From assembly GCA_905178155.1 (NCBI GenBank), contig CAJINV010000110.1:1-6402 (forward strand): a stretch of 6,402 bases of DNA, written 5' to 3'. This document shows, piece after piece, positions 1 through 6,402 of this stretch (its first letter is position 1; the number at the start of each line of letters is the position of its first letter). The notes below the pieces were generated by a model. That model was not told where the DNA came from. It did no database searches and saw only the letters and a program-made list of their open reading frames with translations. The translations under genes and the position numbers were made by a program. The stretch comes from Amoebophrya sp. A120. Taxonomy: Eukaryota; Protista; Dinoflagellata.

Positions 1-1022
1 GGTTTTGGAAAGCATTTCCAACGCCCGGAACACCGCCACCTGGTTATCAGATGCAAAAGTGTCTGGGTCTGGAACAAAGCAACTTGTCATGCTAAATCTG
101 AATCATGTAAAAATCTGTGTTGCATCATTACCAAAAGCCGTCCACTTTTGACCTAATCGGGAGGCAGTTTCTCATGCGGGGTAGGCATGATAGAACTCGC
201 ACAGAATCTGTCATGCTATGTCCTACATACCAGACCCCATGGGTCATGGAAACCCTGCATGACAAGTCTGGCATTCTTCCAGACCCAAACATTTTTACAT
301 TTGATACTGGTCGATCGCGGATAAATGCACATAGCCGGAAATTTCCCGGTCCAAGTACGTGAACAGCCGTATCCTATGTAAAAACATCCCCACACCAATG
401 TCAAGATGGAAAATGTGCTAGACAAATCAACCAGCTTTGGTTGTTTCGCATGACAAATTTGGCCCCGTAGTGTGATCCTGTTTAGTTAGCTCCAGCAGCA
501 TAACAGGTCTAGCAGGTCATGCTGATTTGAGCATCACAAAATCCAAAACACGACGGGGAAATGCTTCGCATGGGGCTTCACATGAGAAACATTTTTGCCC
601 TGCAGATTTGCATGACAACTTTGGGGTGGGGATGTTTTTACTCAGAATATGCCGTCGTGGATTGCCGTCGTACCGGATCTCCCGGCAGAGCTCCCGCCAC
701 TGCTCGAAATCCAGGTTCACGCCGGAATACTGGTATGCAATACAAATTTAGCGTAGGTAGTTGCACGACGAAGCAGATGCACAAAGTGCATGACAAATTC
801 CGGCACCAGCATTAGAGCTGAAAGTTGTCATGGTAAATGGGCTGGGGAAACAGAAGATCTGTCATCGTCATGCAATAAGGTCATCATGATCATCTGCATC
901 TGTGTGTACTACGGTAAGAAGAACTTTGCTCTAGATAACTGCAAGATAATCTGCATAAACGCCTGCTTCGTCGATCCGTAGCGGACGTGAAGTCGCTCGA
1001 TGAACAGTTTCAAGTGGTTTTT
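1..1022 (-). CDS. Partial multi-exon gene, EF-hand-like repeat protein. Exons approx. 1022-942, 732-654, 368-311, 43-1; 5' part not found, 3' part runs off the window
   Basis: Removing three TIR elements plus one TSD each (209, 285 and 267 nt) gives 87 stop-free codons: KNHLKLFIERLHVRYGSTKQAFMQIILQYSGVNLDFEQWRELCREIRYDGNPRRLFTYLDREISGYVHLSAIDQVAVFRALEMLSKT. LFTYLDREISGYVHLSAID resembles a degenerate EF-hand loop. Exact junctions can slide within the TSDs. The product call is by motif resemblance only. Confidence 0.75.
45..306. mobile_element. Introner/MITE-like element E1 (262 bp), intron of the EF-hand-like gene
   Basis: Perfect TSD ctggt at 40-44 and 307-311. Left arm tatcagatgcaaaagtgtctgggtctggaacaaagcaacttgtcatgc; reverse complement of right arm tatcaaatgtaaaaatgtttgggtctggaagaatgccagacttgtcatgc. 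Confidence 0.9.
370..649. mobile_element. Introner/MITE-like element E2 (280 bp), intron of the EF-hand-like gene
   Basis: TSD agccg (365-369) / tgccg (650-654), 4 of 5 identical. Left arm tatcctatgtaaaaacatccccacaccaa; reverse complement of right arm tattctgagtaaaaacatccccaccccaa. Confidence 0.88.
734..937. mobile_element. Degenerate introner/MITE-like element E3 (204 bp), intron of the EF-hand-like gene
   Basis: TSD actgg (729-733) / actgc (938-942), 4 of 5 identical. TAT at both termini and an eroded IR (tatgcaatacaaattt...gcagatg vs tatctagagcaaagtt...gcagatg). Internal gcatgacaaat and ttgtcatg motifs. Removing 209 nt (not a multiple of 3) joins two open frames. Confidence 0.75.
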
Positions 1023-1023
1023 C

Positions 1024-1079
1024 TATCCTGTGCAAAAGTATCGCAGTCGTAGTAATTGCAAACATGCATTACAAATCTT
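1024..1079. mobile_element. Orphan terminal arm E4 of the tgcaaaagtatcg element family
   Basis: tatcctgtgcaaaagtatcg is identical over 20 bp to the reverse complement of the E5 right end. About 55 bp align with the E9 left arm. No partner arm or second ttttc TSD was found by eye. Confidence 0.8.
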
Positions 1080-2824
1080 GTTCGGGTTCCCGGATGATGT
1101 CGGACCCGTTATTCGCAGCAACACCGGCGCTGCCCCCAAAGCCCGAGGAAAGAACTCTCCATTCGTCACTTTCAGTTTCATCACATCCAATCTCCCATTT
1201 GCAGCCCGGTCCCCCGACTACAGCGCGAGCAAAGAGACCCGCTCTCTGCTGGTTCAAACAAAAAAACAAGAAGAATCTCATACTATTCTACAGATGAATT
1301 TGGAAACACATCAAACGAAATAAAGAAAAAGAAAATTATTATACAGGAAGAAGTACTGAAACTCAAGAAAGATGAACAAGCAGAGGTCTCGTCTCCCGTC
1401 ACTATCAATAAACCTATATCGTGAATACCAGCCTGCTCTATGATACGAGAATGTGCAAATGGTTGTTCATAAACGGCTTTCTTGGTCGGATCGAAATTTC
1501 GAGTCTGGGTACTAGTTCACTTCTATCTTTACATTTGCAGACTGGGATGATCGTGGAGATCCGACAGAGATTTTGTTGGCTGTAATATCGTCGGATCTGT
1601 GGCATTTAGCACGAAAAGACTTTCCTGGTGCAGATCTCTCTCCAGCATCAACTTCTGCTTCGTGTCGAAACAAGATTGAGACCGTTCTTGTCGGATCGCG
1701 GTCATTCTCTACTTTTCATTCACATTCTAGTAGGGAAAGGTATACAGATTTATGCTCTTAAACGAAGAGCGCCATGCGGTTGCGGCCAACAACAAAGTAC
1801 AAACTACACGATGTGATCGAACAAAGCTGCCAAATGAATTTGCCACGAGCTGGACAAGTTTCAACACGGCACCGTGTCCTGCACTACACTGGAAATTTAG
1901 TTTTTTCGCACGACTCACCTTTGAGTTTTCCGCGTATTTCACACATATAAAACATCCAACAAGGTTGGACATTTCGGGTGGTGGAGGTGATGTAAAGTAA
2001 GTATTATACATAGTCCTACCTCCTTCCTCTAGTGCTGTGTTTGCTGAGTGCGTGCTTTATTTTGTTTGTGAAAGTTTTTGATGAAACGCCGATCACCAGC
2101 AAGTATTCATTGGGTGAATAGCAGGCGCTCGTCCTCCAGATCGAGTAATTCTTTGTAGCTGTATTTCCCTGGAATTGACGTGGTACTTTGTACTACATTG
2201 CTTTTCAACATCGTGTACTACTTGGCAGCTCTGGTTGCATTCTCACATTAATAGAATACTGGCTCTTGATGTTCACTTCTTTAACAGTACAATGGCCTTA
2301 TCTTATTTTCTGCCGAAGCAGAAAAATCTTCATGCGACATTTTTGATTCATCTTTCCGTATCCGTTGACCACCACATGCAGCACATACGATGAAGGTCTT
2401 GTTTTTTAGTACCATACTTTGTAAAAAAGTACGACAAAAACTACTAGTTGTGTGCATTGTGTTCATTTTCGAGGTTAATGCTGTGGCGTGTCTTATGTTG
2501 ATGTTCTGTGGTTGTAGTAGTGTTTCCGTTCTTCTTTTATTCCGTGTTAGATATGGTCATGCTGACATAAAAATGACAATGACCCTCTACTGTTCCGTCT
2601 GTAATTAGCAGTGAACGACGTCCCAATTTATTCCGTGACGACGAGCAGGGAGGCATACAAACGGAAAAATCTCGAAAAATCTTCTTATATATCTACTTTC
2701 CCGCGTTGATGTTCATGTTCCATTTCGACTCCCGAAGTTTAAAGCATCAATCTGTCCTCCCCCTCTTCTTCTCATACCAGATTGACCAAGAAAAGACCCA
2801 ATTTACATTTAGCACTGAAGAAAT

Positions 2825-3784
2825 TTAGTGCTTCTTGCGCTGGGCGGCAATCTATGAACTGCAAAAGTATCGCACACGTATAAATGCATTACAAATTTTC
2901 TCAGCATGAGAAATAAAATTTGTAATGCTGATTTGCCTTGAGCTTGACAAAGAAATTTGTAATGCAAGACCAGCATTTATACGAGTACGATACTTTTGCA
3001 CAGGATACAATCGCCTCGGTCATCTCCTCACGCTTCTTCTTACCGCGCTTGTGCGTGCCCAACCTATAAAAGTGCACAACTCCCCCTCCCCCACATTTGT
3101 ATTGCATGAACAGCAACACAAGCAACAGCAGAAAAGGGGCCTTCGCATGACAAATCTACATGCGGATTGTAGTACTATTTGAGGTTCCAAAATTTGTCAT
3201 GCTAACAATGCTTACGTGTGAGTTTGGTATTTTGCATTACAAATGAGGGGGAGGGGGAGTTGTGCACAGTCATACAACCGCTTCTTGGCGTACTTCAACG
3301 CACGCTTCAGGGAGTATTAAATGCAAATATGTCTGGGTCTGGAGGGATGCAAGGTTTGTCATGCACATTTTGCATATCTCCTGATGTCTGTGATGCCTAC
3401 CCTAGCATCACATATTTTTCGAGGACTTCCTGATGCCTGTACCGCATGAGAAATGCCCTCGCACCGTGGCAAAAACTGGACCTCTTTTTCTGTTTATGCA
3501 ATACAGATTTTTGTAGAATCCAAATGCAGCATCACAAGTTGCATCCTTCCAGACCTACTAGACATATTTGCAATGCATAGGGAGGAGGCGGACCCCATCT
3601 TGATGAGCTCCATGACACGACGTTCATAGGGCGCGAAGCCCGCGGTCTCGCGGACCACCTCGCGAACGAGGGCGACTTTGGAGGAGAGCTTGCCCTTCAT
3701 ATTGGAGGGCTTTTGCTTCAGGGTGCGCACCGTGGTGACGTGACCACGTTCGCGGCCAGCGGCAATTCCGGAGCGGGGCGACAT
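2825..3784 (-). CDS. RPL36: 60S ribosomal protein L36 (eL36), 4 exons approx. 3784-3584, 3313-3279, 3063-3012, 2851-2825; 104 aa
   Basis: Spliced translation MSPRSGIAAGRERGHVTTVRTLKQKPSNMKGKLSSKVALVREVVRETAGFAPYERRVMELIKMGSASSLKRALKYAKKRLGTHKRGKKKREEMTEAIAAQRKKH*. It carries the eL36 motifs VREVxGFAPYERR and KRALKxAKKRLGTHKRGKxKREE and has normal length. ATG at 3784-3782, TAA at 2827-2825. Confidence 0.97.
2853..3007. mobile_element. Introner/MITE-like element E5 (155 bp), RPL36 intron 3
   Basis: Perfect TSD caatc at 2848-2852 and 3008-3012. Left arm tatgaactgcaaaagtatcgcacacgtataaatgc; reverse complement of right arm tatcctgtgcaaaagtatcgtactcgtataaatgc. Confidence 0.93.
3065..3274. mobile_element. 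Introner/MITE-like element E6 (210 bp), RPL36 intron 2 (GT-AG intron 3278-3064, 215 nt)
   Basis: Perfect TSD caacc at 3060-3064 and 3275-3279. Left arm tataaaagtgcacaactccccctcccccacatttgtattgca; reverse complement of right arm tatgactgtgcacaactccccctccccctcatttgtaatgca. Confidence 0.93.
3315..3579. mobile_element. Introner/MITE-like element E7 (265 bp), RPL36 intron 1 (non-canonical)
   Basis: Perfect TSD gggag at 3310-3314 and 3580-3584. Left arm tattaaatgcaaatatgtctgggtctggagggatgcaa; reverse complement of right arm tatgcattgcaaatatgtctagtaggtctggaaggatgcaa. Same IR family as E1. Confidence 0.93.
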
Positions 3785-5710
3785 GGCTTTGCGGTTTTGA
3801 TGTTTGGAGGTAAGTAGCAAGAAGAGGACAAAATGAAGAATAGATTTGCTCACGGTAAACTTGCAGGAGAGAACGCAAACGATTTCTCTATGCAAACTGA
3901 TAAATCTGGTTGAGCAGAAGCTCGGCCTGGAGGAAAAAAATCAAGGTGACATCGATAAATTTCATCAATTCGCAAGAAATTTTATGAGCCTTCTTCCATG
4001 CAAGACTACTTATTTCGCCACACGGATTGGATTTGGAACACGTCGTCGAAGCCACCGGATCGAAGATTTTTCTGCCTTTACAAACACAAACAGGGTCCTC
4101 ACGGATCTCGATTTTTCTCTTTTTTTCGGTCAACATTTCAACCATCGAAAGCACCAATGGATTTTCTTTCTGTGTTGCAGCTTCTGCTTCCTACTCATTC
4201 AATCATCATCGTGTTCATGAGGATCTTTATTTTCTGTGGAGAGTTGTATCAATTTAAATTTTCGAATTTTTCTAGGCGTGATTTTGATACTTCTACTCAC
4301 CAAGATGTAGTTCCACCGACGAGGACCTCACCTGGCGATGAGAATGATGTTGTGGGCTCTTTACTGAGTGATGGAAGAACAGGTGGAGCTTTTTGTTCCT
4401 TTCGAATTATGGGAATGGCGATGGCATAATTCTCTTGGATATCGCAGTCGTCCTCGAGCACCAGCGCCACAAGCCGGAGAATAATCGATCTGAAACTTCT
4501 TTCGATTTCCTTACCGCAACAAGGACATCGTGGTCTTTTATACAAATGCAAAAATCTGGTGGCGCTGAAGATCATCGATCGATCCTCATAGTCATGGGCG
4601 GCCAACTTTGGAGAAATATTTAGCAAATCGAGTTCATCAACAAGGTAGTTGCAGAGGCGCTTCAGGTGCCGAGTCCACCACGCAAGATGAAATAGTACAA
4701 CGCGTGGAGGCGCCGCAGCAGCGCAACCCAGAGTCTTTCTTCGGTCTGAAGACCCTCCTATTGCAAATTCTACTAGGAAGCTCAAGTCAAACGAAATAAT
4801 AATGGTTTTCGTTGTGTCTAGCAATATCAATCAAGTCAAAGCAAAGCTTATCTCCTTAAGCTAAAACGTTTTCGATTCATCATCAAAAGGTAGCGGTCGA
4901 GAAAGGTACTACGGCTATTCTGAAATTCTGTACTCTGGGTTTCGTCATTTGTTGCGTTTTTGTTCTACTCCGGACGTGCTGGTGTCATCGGTCATTGATA
5001 AAGTTTAGGTACACTGCAAAGTGCATAGAAGATATTTGAAGGAGCAGTGTAACTGTAATACTTCGCATTCATTTTCACTTTCTCAGCATTGCATTACTGT
5101 GTTGATTCGGTTTTGAAATTTGGTTTTAGTAGGGGTAAATAAGCAAACAAGTAAACAGAAGCTCAACTAGGCGCACGTCTCTTTGTGCGTCGAAAATAAA
5201 CGTCTTTCAAGCAGCGCCGCGCGCCGGCTAATAGAATTCCTGGTGACCACGCTTGCGCCGCTTGAGACGAGTTGGTGTATTATACAGGACATTATCAGCG
5301 ATGCATTCAAACAACAAGATTGGCACCTTCTTGACGAGGCCCTTTAATTTTCTGCATTATTGAAACAAGAGCGAAAAGAACTTCCGAAGGATGATGGATG
5401 GCGTGACGCTACGAGGGCGGTTGTTCTACTGGAGTGGTCGTAAACGTAGTCAGCACACTAAATATCAATTACTCCTCCTCCCCGAAGACGGCCTGAAACT
5501 CCTTAACAACTGAAACCCTGTCACGATCATCACCTGCTACTAGGAAAGTAAAAGTTAAAGTATAGTAGATTATTAGTAGATGATTGATTCGCGAATTACA
5601 CGACTAGTACTGTCCGGGTTCTTGCACCGGCAGTACCTACTGGGATTTAAAACAGACGCCACATCATTCAACACGGCTCGCCGGTTTGAAAATCCCCTTT
5701 GACCGGTTCT

Positions 5711-6286
5711 TTAATCCATTAGATCCCCTCCGCCCAAACCCTTCAACAAGTCTCCGTCTCCGCCACTCCCAGACCTCGCTTTTATCGGAGGCGGCCGCGG
5801 TTGCAGCCGGTCTAACTTCGTCCCGCCGGCGGCCGCCCCGCCGCCGCCCGCCGCGCCGCCCCCACCTAGTTGCCCCTGGATCCAGGAGAAGACGGGAATC
5901 GCGTCGGCCTTCTTCTGGACCTTGGCTTTCATACGGTCGCTACTCCGCTATGCATTGCAAAAGTGTCGCGCGTTGTACTAGTAAAAATAGCATCACAAAT
6001 TTTGGCAAGAACAAAAGTGGAAGTTGTAATGCTGTTTCAGGTTTGGAAAGAGATTTGTCATGCATGAGTGCAATTTCAACGAGTCGTGCGATACTTTTGT
6101 AATGCATATCCGCTCCACATGGACCATTTCGTAGAGCATCTGCGTCGCCCGGTTCCACTCGTTATCTAGCACATGGTGCCGCGGGTTCCAGTGCGACCGC
6201 AAGTCGTCCGTTAGTTTTACCCCCTCAAACGCCGGCCCGCGCTGGAAGGTGTTGCTGTGGGCGATGCGAACTTCGTCGAGCGAGCT
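5711..6286 (-). CDS. Last two exons (approx. 6286-6113 and 5947-5711) of a hypothetical protein with a Gly/Ala-rich C-terminus
   Basis: GC-rich, coding-like sequence. Removing E8 plus one TSD (165 nt, containing an in-frame stop) gives SSLDEVRIAHSNTFQRGPAFEGVKLTDDLRSHWNPRHHVLDNEWNRATQMLYEMVHVERSSDRMKAKVQKKADAIPVFSWIQGQLGGGGAAGGGGAAAGG...GGDLMD*. No family recognised. Confidence 0.75.
5823..5863. repeat. GC-rich (CCG)-like low-complexity tract encoding GGGAAGGGGAAAGG on the minus strand
   Basis: ccgccggcggccgccccgccgccgcccgccgcgccgccccc read directly from the sequence. Confidence 0.7.
5949..6108. mobile_element. Introner/MITE-like element E8 (160 bp), intron of the hypothetical gene
   Basis: Perfect TSD tccgc at 5944-5948 and 6109-6113. 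Left arm tatgcattgcaaaagtgtcgc; reverse complement of right arm tatgcattacaaaagtatcgc. Confidence 0.9.
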
Positions 6287-6287
6287 G

Positions 6288-6402
6288 TATGAACTGCAAA
6301 AGTATCGTACTCGTAGTAATGGCAGTCATGCATTACAAATCTTTTTCTTAAGGTAGATCCGCATTACAAATTTCATTTCTCATGCTGCGAAAATTTGTAA
6401 TG
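6288..6402. mobile_element. Introner/MITE-like element E9, partial (runs off the window)
   Basis: Begins tatgaactgcaaaagtatcg, identical over 20 bp to the E5 left end. Contains gcattacaaat twice and atttgtaatg. Predicted TSD agctg (6283-6287). Confidence 0.85.

Noticed and set aside
117-981. Short ORF-track entries overlapping the elements, here and at 2901-3433 and 5870-6158
   Set aside because: They are antisense frames or exon read-through into repeat sequence; the spliced models explain the coding signal.
1079-1824. Possible solo LTR or nested insertion TGTTCG...CGAACA flanked by aatct/aagct
   Set aside because: Only a 6-bp IR and an imperfect TSD, and the sequence after 1824 does not resume the E4 element.
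1400-2400. Stop-interrupted coding-like frames suggesting stop-codon reassignment
   Set aside because: The roughly 330 well-supported codons contain no in-frame stops, use TGG for Trp and CAA/CAG for Gln, and end in TAA. The interrupted frames have no recognisable homology.
3806-3845. U1-5'-end-like TACTTACCT and spliced-leader-like CATTTTG in the pyrimidine-rich RPL36 leader
   Set aside because: The matches are too short. No U1 structure or full dinoflagellate spliced leader (CCGTAGCCATTTTGGCTCAAG) is present.
3494-3895. 133-aa ORF as a full gene, or RPL36 as a truncated pseudogene
   Set aside because: Homology starts at ATG 3784. The missing C-terminus is present in three downstream exons that join in frame.
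5686-6102. 138-aa plus-strand Arg/Pro-rich ORF
   Set aside because: Antisense shadow of the GC-rich Gly/Ala exon, running into element E8.
45-6402. CRISPR array, REP/BIME or terminator interpretation of the repeats
   Set aside because: Eukaryotic context, no regular repeat-spacer periodicity, and the repeats are paired inverted arms with TSDs inside genes.

Overview
Eukaryotic genomic DNA with three minus-strand protein-coding genes: a partial EF-hand-like gene (1-1022), a complete 60S ribosomal protein L36 gene (2825-3784; 4 exons, 104 aa) and the 3' end of an unknown gene (5711-6286). Every intron I can delimit in these genes is a MITE-like insertion. There are 7 complete elements (155-280 bp), one orphan arm and one element running off the window. 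Their shared grammar is a 5-bp target-site duplication (TSD), TAT-N4/5-TGCA-like terminal inverted repeats (IR), and internal GCATNACAAAT-like motifs in both orientations. Removing one element plus one TSD copy restores the reading frame in all 7 complete cases, but only 1 of 7 gives GT-AG ends. This points to transposon-derived, mostly non-canonical introns (introners). The pattern resembles what is described for the parasitic dinoflagellate Amoebophrya; that taxonomic assignment is an inference. Splicing is inferred from frame restoration, not from transcript data. The intergenic regions 1080-2824 and 3785-5710 lack these elements and hold only unidentifiable ORF-like remnants.
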